Below, in pieces: positions 26,718 through 35,782 of a stretch of DNA of 64,000 nucleotides. Numbering within the stretch: the stretch's first letter is position 1; each line of letters starts with the position of its first letter. The position numbers were made by a program, and so were the translations under genes. Source of the stretch: a virus. The stretch spans positions 82,706 through 146,705 of the IMG/VR virus record IMGVR_UViG_3300021197_001752, one strand, 5' to 3'. The notes under the pieces are model-generated. The model saw nothing but the letters and a program-made list of their open reading frames with translations, made no database searches and was not told the origin of the DNA.

Positions 26718-28301
26718 TTATTCCACTTGTTCCCGTAAAACCGAGCAGTTTGTAGTAATTAAAATACCCGCTGCTGAGGAAGCGTTTGTAACTGCTGATT
26801 TTGTTACTTTCACTGGGTCTATAACACCCACCTCGATCAAGTCCTCGAAGCGACCTGAGCGGACATTGAAACCTATCAACTCAGTGCCCTCCTCTGTAGG
26901 GATCGAGTTGATAACAACGTCACTAGAGATGCCAGCATTATCTAAGATCTGTCGTAGCGGTGAGTAGCAAGCTGTGATCAAGGTTTGATACCCAAGCAAC
27001 TCACCCCGAGTCTCAAAGTTTCTCTCTGGTAAAGCCATTGCCGCTCTGATCAGACTGATGCCGCCGCCTGGTACTACACCTTCTTCTTGGGCGCTGCGCA
27101 CAGCCTCAAGCGCATCTTCAAATCGATGCTTCTTCTCTTCGACCTCTACCTCTGTTGCACCGCCGACCTGTAGCAGAGACACCCCTGATGCAAGACGGGT
27201 GATCCTTTCCTGTATCTTACCTGCCTGATGAAGATCTTCCGTAGCCTCAACTTCGTTCTTCAAGGTCTCCACTAAAGAATCCATCTCCTCAAAGTTGGTG
27301 TTGCCGCCAACAAAGGTTGTCCTAACCTTAAGGATCTCTACACTCTTACATGTACCTAAGTGCTCTAACTTGATATCGCTTAGACGGATGCCACTGTCAC
27401 GACTGATAAATGTGCCTCCTGTTGTCGTAGCAATATCAGATAAGATAGCTCGGCGCTCCTCGCCGTATTCAGGTACCTTGATTGCAGCGATCTTCATTCC
27501 GTTACGCATACGGTTGATAATCAAGGCTGCCAGCAATTGACCAGAGATCTCTTCGGCGGCAATGATACAAGGCCTTCCATCTCTAGCGATGACCTCAAGT
27601 ACTGGTAGCATCTCCTCCAGTGAATCAAGCTCGTGATCTGTTGTCAGCACTAAAGCATTATTATATTCTACTGCATTTCTTCTGTGGTCAGTAACAAACT
27701 TAGCTGAAACATAACCTGCTGCAACTTTGAAACCCTCAATGACGTCTAGCTTGGTCTCTAACGACCTGCTCTCTTCAATCTTAACTGCTCCGTCCTTACC
27801 TGCTGCAACTACCGCTGATGCGACTAGCTTACCAATAGTGCTGTCCCCATTCGCTGAGACTGTGGCAACATGCTGGATGTCTTCCTCTGACGAAATAGGA
27901 CTAGACATAGTATCTAGCGTACTCAGGATATCCTCAGTAGCCATGTCAATGCCACGTTTCATCTCAACGCCTGAAACACCTACCGCTAATTGTTTCTGAG
28001 CTTCCTTGAGCAAGTCACGGGCAATCACGACAGTCGTAGTCGTGCCATCGCCACTAGCCTTCTCCGTTTCCATGCTAGCCTGGCGAACCACGTCAATCCC
28101 TGCCTGCTCAAAGTCATCCTCCACTTGCACTACTCGTGCGACACTGACGCCATCCTTAGTTACAATGGGTGGTGCCCCTCGTTGATACAGGATAACATTC
28201 TGTCCTGCTGGTCCGAGCGTTGAGCTAACAGCGTTTGCTAGCTTGTTCACCCCTGCCAATAATTTGTTCTGTGTCTCTGCGCCAAATAATATATTTGCCA
28301 T
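26718..28301 (-). CDS. groEL: Chaperonin GroEL
   Basis: TLGP, TKDGVSVA, GDGTTT, GVVPGGG, VIDPVKV. Confidence 0.97.
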   Translation of the reverse strand: MANILFGAETQNKLLAGVNKLANAVSSTLGPAGQNVILYQRGAPPIVTKDGVSVARVVQVEDDFEQAGIDVVRQASMETEKASGDGTTTTVVIARDLLKEAQKQLAVGVSGVEMKRGIDMATEDILSTLDTMSSPISSEEDIQHVATVSANGDSTIGKLVASAVVAAGKDGAVKIEESRSLETKLDVIEGFKVAAGYVSAKFVTDHRRNAVEYNNALVLTTDHELDSLEEMLPVLEVIARDGRPCIIAAEEISGQLLAALIINRMRNGMKIAAIKVPEYGEERRAILSDIATTTGGTFISRDSGIRLSDIKLEHLGTCKSVEILKVRTTFVGGNTNFEEMDSLVETLKNEVEATEDLHQAGKIQERITRLASGVSLLQVGGATEVEVEEKKHRFEDALEAVRSAQEEGVVPGGGISLIRAAMALPERNFETRGELLGYQTLITACYSPLRQILDNAGISSDVVINSIPTEEGTELIGFNVRSGRFEDLIEVGVIDPVKVTKSAVTNASSAAGILITTNCSVLREQVE

Positions 28302-28307
28302 CTTACT

Positions 28308-29327
28308 CTACTCCCCACGTTCTTTCGGATAGGACAAGCCTACCTTTTTTGGATTATTATCATTGAACAACTTGTATAGTTGTTTTGTTTCTTTCTTTGT
28401 TCTGCCTAAGATAAAACAGTACTTGTGCTTCGGTGGCACGACACGCCACTCACAGCTTTCTCGGTACTGTTTCTCTTTGGCTTTGAGCTTGTCTTTCAAG
28501 CCAGGGGTAGTAACTTCCATTTCTTTCCATTTGGGAGTATACTTACCCATGTATTTCTTCCATTCGCTAGCACCTATGCCTAATGACTCAGCATAGCGTT
28601 TATATTTAGATTTCTTGCGAAAATCTCTATCACTAAACCAACCTCGGGCTTTGTCCTTAGGATCACGATATACTTTCGCTGTGCCCGACGTTTGACCAAG
28701 GTAGGTCCAGTTGAGTGCCTGGTAGATTGTCCCTAACTCTTTAGCAAGAGGATCACTGTAGGCTTCAAACGCTCTGAACCTTGTGTTCTGAACCATCCAC
28801 TTACACGATCTGGATACAATCCAAGATCCCAAATTCTTAGGAGCCCAACTGATAGACGCACCTCGTGATACTAGCTTGACCATGTTCTTGTTATCTTTAC
28901 CGATCAGGTGGCTGAAGGTATTAGGAACTGCCATAACCACAACGCCTGCTAACTCGCCTGTCTTTTTCATCCTAGCTGTGAACCTGTGGGTTGGTCGATT
29001 AGGGAGACAACCTAGGAACTCGTGGCGAATAATAAAGTCTCTGACCTCATCGCATTGTTCTTTGTACTTCTTGACGTCGGCTCTGTATTCCTTATGTTTC
29101 TTCTTATACACTTTTTCAGTATAACAATGTGGCAGCATCAGCTTAGCGGGTTCCGCAACAGCCACAAAGTCAAAGTCAGTAGTGCGTAGAGACTCAGCCC
29201 ATGCCAAGTCCTTACCTATCTCTTGTAGGTCTTCTTGCATGTTGCGAAGCCTAACTTCGTATTGCCAACAATGCTCTGCTTCTAAATCTTTGAATCGCTC
29301 AAAGGGGTCAGCTTTCTTAGCTTTCAC
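28308..29327 (-). CDS. Mom-family (GNAT-like) DNA adenine modification protein
   Basis: PKN..S...S, AYSDP...GTIYQALNWTYLG, KHKY. Confidence 0.75.
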   Translation of the reverse strand: MKAKKADPFERFKDLEAEHCWQYEVRLRNMQEDLQEIGKDLAWAESLRTTDFDFVAVAEPAKLMLPHCYTEKVYKKKHKEYRADVKKYKEQCDEVRDFIIRHEFLGCLPNRPTHRFTARMKKTGELAGVVVMAVPNTFSHLIGKDNKNMVKLVSRGASISWAPKNLGSWIVSRSCKWMVQNTRFRAFEAYSDPLAKELGTIYQALNWTYLGQTSGTAKVYRDPKDKARGWFSDRDFRKKSKYKRYAESLGIGASEWKKYMGKYTPKWKEMEVTTPGLKDKLKAKEKQYRESCEWRVVPPKHKYCFILGRTKKETKQLYKLFNDNNPKKVGLSYPKERGE

Positions 29328-29340
29328 CGAGCCTCACTTT

Positions 29341-31332
29341 CTATGGGATCTTAATTGTCATCTTACCTTTGTTGCCAGTAGCAAAGTAGTTCTTGCCACC
29401 GTCAACTCGGATCTCGCCATCAAACTTAGCTGGGTAGATAATATCTAATGGTCCCGACTTTATGCCTGTATCACCCTCTGCCACATAAGCTCCCCTCTTT
29501 GCGTAGATCTGTACTAAAGGTAATCTATTATACATCGCTTTAGCAAAGTTTGTAAAGATCTTTTCTCCATTTTTATCTTGCGCATTATTGACTGTCTGTT
29601 GTGCAAGTTTTGCCATGCCAGCAATAATATGGAGCGCCTCGCTATAATCAGACTTGCCTGTGTTGGGATTGAAGAGTGCCTTGAACTTATCAAGTTTGGC
29701 TTTTATATTTTTGTCTGCTACTGGTGCCATCTCTCTAGGCCATCTCTTAGCTTTTTCAGCCTTCATCAACTCTCTAATTTGGTTGTACTGATCCCCTGTC
29801 AGATTGTAGTCGCCTGCTATTTCAACATGCATCCGTATAACTAAATCCCACCAACTATATCTTTTGTCAGCCATCATATCCACAATGCCTGGGTCTTCTG
29901 TATTGCCAGTGTATAAGTTTATCCCTGAAGGGTTGCCTGGTCCATACAATTCTATTAGCTGCTGCTTCTCTTCCTGCTCTATATCCGCCAACTCTGCATA
30001 GAGTTCTGCCACGCTTGGGTTAGCACCTTTCCCAGCCTTTGAACTAACCATGATATCTTGCTTATCACCAAAGTGAACATAGCTATCTTTTAGCTTTTCG
30101 TTCTTAGACATGGGCCATGATACACCGTCGCTCTCAGTCCAGTTGTTAACGCCTCGTGGCTTGAGTAAATTCTCTAGGGCACTGTCGAGTACAGCGTCGT
30201 TACCCAAGTATGTCTTGTTGCCTGCGGCTAAGAATATTGGACCTGTGACTTCGCTTAGGTATTTGAAAATTGATGGTAAGTACTGATCTCTGTTTTCCTC
30301 TGACTCGAATTGCAGAACAGGTAAGGCTTGCCCAGCCACTGCTGCTTTGAGATAAGCAGGAAGACTTCTTGCTAAAGCGGTGTCTATCTTGCTCAACACG
30401 GACTCATCAAGTGAGCCTGGAACTGAATCAAGAGCCATCTTTTGATCACGGCTGCCGCCCAGTAAACTAGGACCTACCTCTTGAATCTCTTTGCCAGCCT
30501 GTGTGGTCTTAGAGCCGAAGCCTGTCTGTTGTCGAAATTGTGTTTGCTGCCATGGTGGTCCTGGGCTTGTCTGCCCGCTGCCATATTTTATAAAAGCGTA
30601 CACCTCTTTTCCCAGAGCCTTTCCTTTATCTGCCTTAGCAAAGAGAATCTGGACTGACTTAACTCTGGAGGGTAATTTATCCTCTTGCCCTTCGGCGCTG
30701 TTATACAGGACAAGCTTACTGAGCTTGCTGTTAGACAGGGCTGACTTCAAGTCGTTGGGGGTGGGAATTTTATTTTGCTTGGCTATAAGTTGATAAACAG
30801 CTAGAGCGAGTTGCGCTTGATTTGTTATTGTTTCGGGCTCGCCTATCTTAATAAACTGTTGCCCGACTGTCTCAATCGCTTGACCTTCCTTGTTGGTAAG
30901 CTTAAGTCCAACGGTGTCTGGGTGCATCACACCCCTGCCTTCTTGAATAATCTCGTTAATACATTGCTCTATGAGAAATTCTAGCCCCATCTCTATGGTT
31001 CTTGTTTGCGTCTCTCTCATGCTATGTTGGGTATCTTTTATCCCAGCCATCAGAGTGGGGCAAGTTTGACGTAGGTCATCTACCATATCAGGGCAGTCAC
31101 AATTATTATGACCAAACTCAACATAATCATCGATACTGTCGGCTTGCTCAGGGCTGACAAATAACCCCATAGTAAATATATAACGCTGCTTATCGTTCAT
31201 GGCGTCAAAGTCTCGATCGTAATTATATCCATTGACGTTTAGTCGCTGGTTCAATTGGTTGATCTTATTCTTGTATTCCATCGCCACGTTAGGATCTGAC
31301 GCTAGAGATTGGTAGGGATTGTGCCCTGGCAT
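29341..31332 (-). CDS. Large hypothetical protein, possibly a virion-carried nuclease-like protein
   Basis: Co-transcribed with leader-bearing gene; WP...LKDS...VSSKAGKG resembles a PD-(D/E)XK variant. Confidence 0.6.
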   Translation of the reverse strand: MPGHNPYQSLASDPNVAMEYKNKINQLNQRLNVNGYNYDRDFDAMNDKQRYIFTMGLFVSPEQADSIDDYVEFGHNNCDCPDMVDDLRQTCPTLMAGIKDTQHSMRETQTRTIEMGLEFLIEQCINEIIQEGRGVMHPDTVGLKLTNKEGQAIETVGQQFIKIGEPETITNQAQLALAVYQLIAKQNKIPTPNDLKSALSNSKLSKLVLYNSAEGQEDKLPSRVKSVQILFAKADKGKALGKEVYAFIKYGSGQTSPGPPWQQTQFRQQTGFGSKTTQAGKEIQEVGPSLLGGSRDQKMALDSVPGSLDESVLSKIDTALARSLPAYLKAAVAGQALPVLQFESEENRDQYLPSIFKYLSEVTGPIFLAAGNKTYLGNDAVLDSALENLLKPRGVNNWTESDGVSWPMSKNEKLKDSYVHFGDKQDIMVSSKAGKGANPSVAELYAELADIEQEEKQQLIELYGPGNPSGINLYTGNTEDPGIVDMMADKRYSWWDLVIRMHVEIAGDYNLTGDQYNQIRELMKAEKAKRWPREMAPVADKNIKAKLDKFKALFNPNTGKSDYSEALHIIAGMAKLAQQTVNNAQDKNGEKIFTNFAKAMYNRLPLVQIYAKRGAYVAEGDTGIKSGPLDIIYPAKFDGEIRVDGGKNYFATGNKGKMTIKIP

Positions 31333-31333
31333 G

Positions 31334-31618
31334 TTATTCTCCGCTTAAGGCTGCTAATATTTCCTGTCGGATCATAGCTTCAAGTTCCAAACTTTCGTTC
31401 TTCTCTTCTTCTTCCTCATCGGCGTCACCGCCTTCTTTATCAATGATAGCTTTCTGAAGACCGTCGGGTAACTCGTCTTGATCACCCTTGAGTTTAGGAT
31501 TATCGTCATACTTCTTAGTTGATTTTTCTTCTAAGCCCTGGCTCTCTTCATCGAGCTTCTGCTGCTCCTCTTTGATGATTTCCTTAAGCCTAGCCTTAGT
31601 AATTTGAAATGTGTTCAT
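31334..31618 (-). CDS. Acidic protein with ITKARLKEIIKEE leader
   Basis: Leader motif; C-terminal MIRQEI repeat. Confidence 0.75.
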   Translation of the reverse strand: MNTFQITKARLKEIIKEEQQKLDEESQGLEEKSTKKYDDNPKLKGDQDELPDGLQKAIIDKEGGDADEEEEEKNESLELEAMIRQEILAALSGE

Positions 31619-31640
31619 GGTAAAAAAGTACTCCTCAATG

Positions 31641-31651
31641 TATAAATAGTT
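31641..31651 (-). promoter_or_regulatory. Late-type motif AACTATTTATA
   Basis: Recurs upstream of leader-bearing genes. Confidence 0.6.
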
Positions 31652-31653
31652 TT

Positions 31654-32367
31654 CTAACTGGCAAAATCCCGCTCTTCAAACAGAGTATAGGTAAATGAAT
31701 TACCAAATGCTTTAGCCGAGTTGTTGCAAATCTCAATAAATGTATTATAATCATCCACCTTTTGGAACACCTGGCAGCCAGCCGACCACCTCTCAACTAA
31801 GTAAGATTGTGTCCTAGGGTTGCTCCTATGAATGTTGATTCCGAATAGGCCTTCTTGTGTTTCTTCGCAGCCATAATCCAAGATGTCATCCTTGTTGTTA
31901 TCTCGCCAAACACGAACTGGCTTTCTCTGGCATAGAGCTTCGTATTTACCCTGGTGCTTAGCTAGCTTCCAAGTCGAACGATATTGACCTGGGATGAGAA
32001 TAGCTGTGCCCTTTGGGCTCAATGGGTTTTCTAACCAGTGCTTGCCTGGGTCTGTAGTCGCACTCCAGACATGGTGTCTCCACTCTCCATTCTCTCGGTA
32101 GACGGCACAGATGTAGTCATCGAAACGATTACTCTCTGGGTTGTCTACTCTGACTCCAAAGATATTGACATTATAATCTTTATTGCCGTCAAAAAACATA
32201 TAGCCTTTTTTCTCGTAAGCAGCAACGACCGCATCTTTGTCAGCAATAATTTCTTCTAAGTTCATCACTTCTATCTCCTGCTTATTCTGGGACATCCCAG
32301 AAAGACTGGTCGAGGATTCTGTCGGCAATACCATACTCAATAGCTTGTTTAGCATTAATATAAACAT
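31654..32367 (-). CDS. L,D-transpeptidase-like (YkuD) peptidoglycan enzyme, putative endolysin (likely start MNLEEII)
   Basis: TTDPG, PGQY, GINIH...WSAGCQV catalytic His/Cys. Confidence 0.65.
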   Translation of the reverse strand: MFILMLNKLLSMVLPTESSTSLSGMSQNKQEIEVMNLEEIIADKDAVVAAYEKKGYMFFDGNKDYNVNIFGVRVDNPESNRFDDYICAVYRENGEWRHHVWSATTDPGKHWLENPLSPKGTAILIPGQYRSTWKLAKHQGKYEALCQRKPVRVWRDNNKDDILDYGCEETQEGLFGINIHRSNPRTQSYLVERWSAGCQVFQKVDDYNTFIEICNNSAKAFGNSFTYTLFEERDFAS

Positions 32368-33034
32368 TTGTTTTCCGCTCCATCATCTTCTTGATCATTC
32401 TCTTATTCATGTTGGTGACACTAGCTAAAGCCTCTACGTATTGATCTTGTAACCACTTTGTTTCTTCATACTCAGTTTCAAGCTCGTGCATAGCACCATG
32501 GTGACCTGCTCGTAGAGAATGGATCATCACTCTGGTATTCTTGCCAATGAACCTACAGCCTTCCGCACCTGATGCTAACAGTAGAACACCTGCTGACATA
32601 ACCTTGCCGAGCCCTACTGTTTCGATAGGCGTTGATGATCTCATCGATAACATCAAATCATGGATACCAAACATGTCGGCAGCGTTACCGCCAAAGGTTG
32701 AAATATAAAACTGCATTGGCTTGACTGCCATGTACTGTTTTGTTTTTTCTGTATTTATTAGAACAAGACTATTGTTGTAGTTGTGATAAATCAATGCTGA
32801 GATAATAGCAGATGCTGACTCCTCATCAAGATTACCACAAAAGTTAATTGCTCGTGGAGTACGTTTCTCGGTGGGCACCTCAACCAAGGTTGGCACCACT
32901 TCTCTTATCTCGTCTTCGGTCATGTCTTCAATAGAGACAACCTCTAAAGCAATGTCAAGGTCAGCTTCGGTTTCTGGTACCAGAACCTCGACCTCTTCTT
33001 TGCTACTCTTCCTCTTCGTCTTCTTCGTTGGCAT
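32282..33034 (-). CDS. clpP: ClpP-like protease
   Basis: ISTFGG, VMSAG (Ser), MIH (His), A.EYGIAD. Confidence 0.88.
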   Translation of the reverse strand: MPTKKTKRKSSKEEVEVLVPETEADLDIALEVVSIEDMTEDEIREVVPTLVEVPTEKRTPRAINFCGNLDEESASAIISALIYHNYNNSLVLINTEKTKQYMAVKPMQFYISTFGGNAADMFGIHDLMLSMRSSTPIETVGLGKVMSAGVLLLASGAEGCRFIGKNTRVMIHSLRAGHHGAMHELETEYEETKWLQDQYVEALASVTNMNKRMIKKMMERKTNVYINAKQAIEYGIADRILDQSFWDVPE

Positions 33035-33386
33035 AAGTATTTCTTCCTTCTTCGGGTAATAGGTCTTTCATAAGATCGCTTTGCCTAAATTGGCTAGCGT
33101 ACTTACTGTATATAGATTGCTCCTGGCGTGTAAAGTATACCTTATCTTCACCAGTTTGTTCATCAAATTCAAATCTAAATTCAAGTTGATCATCTCGATA
33201 CTCGATCAATGCTTGAATATATTGGGTTAGATCCCCTACTTGCATAGCACCTTTCTCAATCTGGTCATATGCAAAGTTGAGTACTCTGCTGGCAACAAAA
33301 AGCTTTTCAGCAGAGACTACCTTATCATCGTCACTAACTTTAGTAAACTTTAGCAGCGTTAGAATATCTTTTACTCTCGCTCTCAT
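33003..33386 (-). CDS. Hypothetical protein
   Basis: ORF. Confidence 0.6.
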   Translation of the reverse strand: MRARVKDILTLLKFTKVSDDDKVVSAEKLFVASRVLNFAYDQIEKGAMQVGDLTQYIQALIEYRDDQLEFRFEFDEQTGEDKVYFTRQEQSIYSKYASQFRQSDLMKDLLPEEGRNTYANEEDEEEE

Positions 33387-33410
33387 AACTTCCTAATTCT
33401 TTAGGGCTAA

Positions 33411-33451
33411 ATAAAAAAAGATGTAGACCAAGTTGCCCTGGCCTACATCTT
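33411..33451 (-). terminator. Intrinsic terminator
   Basis: AAGATGTAG/CTACATCTT stem + U-tract. Confidence 0.7.
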
Positions 33452-33482
33452 ACTTTATAAATGACAAAGTGTAAAGCTTTCT

Positions 33483-34067
33483 TTACTTCTTGTTAAGGAT
33501 GCGCTCAAGAACTCTCTTGAGTACGGCTTCTGTTAAAGCCTCTTCATCTACAACCTCTACGACGGTATCGTCTTTGCGGTTATAGTGATCGCCCATGCCA
33601 TGATCCATTGCTGGATCTGCCATTGCTGGGTCTTCGTGTGCCATGGCAGCATCCCCTTCATCACCAGCTTCCATTTCTGGCATTGGTGACTCTTCCCCTT
33701 CATCATCTTCCTCAGTCTCAACACCGAATGGCTCAAGAGCTTTTAAGATAGCTTGGACAACATCCATGCCGTCGGCATCGGATGCTCCGTCCTCTTCCAT
33801 CTCGACTTCCATATCACCTTCTTCCTCGCCCTCTTCGTGAGCCTCTTCTTCGATGGCGTTTTCCCCAGTAGCGGCTTCCAATTCGGTTACCGTTTCTGTT
33901 TCGGTCTCATCTTCATCAGTTTCGTCTGTCTTGGAGTTCTCCGTGACAGTCTCCTCTGTTACTTCTTCTTCTTCTGTGAAGAATGTTTCGCTGATGACGC
34001 TAACGTCAGCTAACTTAGCCCATCTGCGGATGGTCTGTTCATTTAGTAGTTTATCTTGCTTTGTCAT
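33483..34067 (-). CDS. Highly acidic prohead core/scaffold-like protein
   Basis: LLNE..IRRWAKLA N-terminus, many [LIV]xE sites, basic C-terminal helix. Confidence 0.6.
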   Translation of the reverse strand: MTKQDKLLNEQTIRRWAKLADVSVISETFFTEEEEVTEETVTENSKTDETDEDETETETVTELEAATGENAIEEEAHEEGEEEGDMEVEMEEDGASDADGMDVVQAILKALEPFGVETEEDDEGEESPMPEMEAGDEGDAAMAHEDPAMADPAMDHGMGDHYNRKDDTVVEVVDEEALTEAVLKRVLERILNKK

Positions 34068-34124
34068 TTATTCAACTCCTTAAAAATCAGATATACTTAG
34101 ATGACGTCATTCGTCAACTGTTAG

Positions 34125-34133
34125 TAAATAGTT
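34125..34133 (-). promoter_or_regulatory. Late-type motif AACTATTTA
   Basis: Recurrent motif upstream of scaffold-like gene. Confidence 0.55.
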
Positions 34134-34145
34134 GTGTAAAAAGTA

Positions 34146-34412
34146 TTATTCCTCCATGAAATCAAAAAGTCCTCTTTTACCTGCTTTTTCCATCGCTTTA
34201 TCTTGAATTTGTTTGACTCTAGGGAAGCTAATCTGCAATCGATCTGCCACATCTCGCAAGCTAAGACCACCTGGATTTTTATTCGCACAAACGACAGAGC
34301 AGTTGCTATCACCCTCATAATCAATCCAGTGCCTACACTCTTGCTTATCACAAGATTTACTGAGCCTGTCAAAGAAGTCAAAGCAAATGCTACCGTTTTC
34401 TAATTTATACAA
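34146..34412 (-). CDS. Stand-alone sigma70 region-4 HTH protein with N-terminal Cys cluster
   Basis: LSLRDVADRLQISFPRVKQIQDKAMEK. Confidence 0.75.
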   Translation of the reverse strand: MYKLENGSICFDFFDRLSKSCDKQECRHWIDYEGDSNCSVVCANKNPGGLSLRDVADRLQISFPRVKQIQDKAMEKAGKRGLFDFMEE

Positions 34413-34413
34413 T

Positions 34414-35460
34414 TTATTTTCTCCGACCGTTTTGTGCAGTCATGATATGTGTTCCACTTTCCATTAGTCCAGCAGAAGTTTGACGGGCCCATTCTACTTT
34501 GTGTTGCAACTCGGCAACAGTGCGTGCACCAGAGTAAGATAAGCCACTCCTGATGCCACCGTCAAGATCCTTAAGAATGTCAACAGCACTACCCTTGAAT
34601 GGGATATAAGAAGCAACACCCTCTGGCGTGGATGATTTGCTGCGCCAGTCCATCTGGGCATCCTTAGAAGCCATGCCACGGTATTCCTTCACTCGACTAT
34701 TATCAGGCAGAGTAATAATATCCCCTGGACTTTCCGTGGTGCCCGCTAACATAGAGCCACACATCACAAAGTCAGCGCCTGCGGCTAAAGCCTTGACCAT
34801 ATCGCCAGAGTTCTTGAGTCCACCGTCAGCGATGATGGCAACGTCTCTATCAGTTCTAGCACAATCAAAAATAGTTTGTAGTCCTGGGAGTCCATGACCA
34901 GTCACTAACCGAGTGCTACAGATGGAGCCGCCGCCAATGTTGCAGCGAACTGCATTAGCGCCCCAGTCGGCTAAGTCGTTGATGCCCTCAAGCGTGCAGA
35001 CATTGCCTGCTATGATATAAACATGATTTCCATATTCTTCCCGCAGAGTCGTAAGAGCATTCTTCATCAGGGAGTGGTGACCGTGGGCTACGTCTACACA
35101 AAGGATATCTACCCCAGAAGCGATTAGAGCTTCTGAGCGTTCTAGGTAATCTCCCGTCACACCAATCGCAGCAGCGAGTTTCTTCTCGACCCATTCAATA
35201 GAGTTGGCTGCTTCGATCGCCATCTTCTGCTGCTCTGCAATAGAGTTATAACGATGGAGCACAGCTAAGCCACCAGCCTTACTCATGGTAACCGCCATCT
35301 GTGCTTCAGACACTGTGTCCATTGGCGATGCTATGATAGGCAGAGTGAACTCCCTGTGTCCTAGGTAGCTCGTTGCATCCACCTCGCTTCTGCTTTCGAT
35401 GTCGCTATATTGCGGCACGATTAGCATGTCGTCATAAGTGACAGCTTCTTTAAACTTCAC
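34414..35460 (-). CDS. IMP dehydrogenase / GMP reductase family (no CBS domains)
   Basis: [34 protein letters not shown]. Confidence 0.93.
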   Translation of the reverse strand: MKFKEAVTYDDMLIVPQYSDIESRSEVDATSYLGHREFTLPIIASPMDTVSEAQMAVTMSKAGGLAVLHRYNSIAEQQKMAIEAANSIEWVEKKLAAAIGVTGDYLERSEALIASGVDILCVDVAHGHHSLMKNALTTLREEYGNHVYIIAGNVCTLEGINDLADWGANAVRCNIGGGSICSTRLVTGHGLPGLQTIFDCARTDRDVAIIADGGLKNSGDMVKALAAGADFVMCGSMLAGTTESPGDIITLPDNSRVKEYRGMASKDAQMDWRSKSSTPEGVASYIPFKGSAVDILKDLDGGIRSGLSYSGARTVAELQHKVEWARQTSAGLMESGTHIMTAQNGRRK

Positions 35461-35728
35461 CTTCTTCTCCTACTAGTTGATTAACTTTATCTTGGCATTC
35501 TGGGCAGAACAAGCGAACCATTTCGTTCTTAGCTCTAACCACGACTTTCCAACTCATGTGTGCCTCCCTTGTCTTAGGAAATTCTATACTACAAGTAGAA
35601 CATGTTTTGGGTAGTTTGTCAAACAAATTAATTTGTTTTTGCATACGTTGCTGGGCTTCGTCTGACGCCTGCTTTTGTTTTTTGGTTTTAGCCTTACGCT
35701 TAAGGCGCTTCTTCTGCTTCTTGTCCAT
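35450..35728 (-). CDS. Basic zinc-finger protein
   Basis: CSTC...CPEC. Confidence 0.65.
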   Translation of the reverse strand: MDKKQKKRLKRKAKTKKQKQASDEAQQRMQKQINLFDKLPKTCSTCSIEFPKTREAHMSWKVVVRAKNEMVRLFCPECQDKVNQLVGEEGEV

Positions 35729-35782
35729 TGCATCCCCTTCTCTATAAGGATACCATACCTACACTATTTGTAAAGGATTTAT

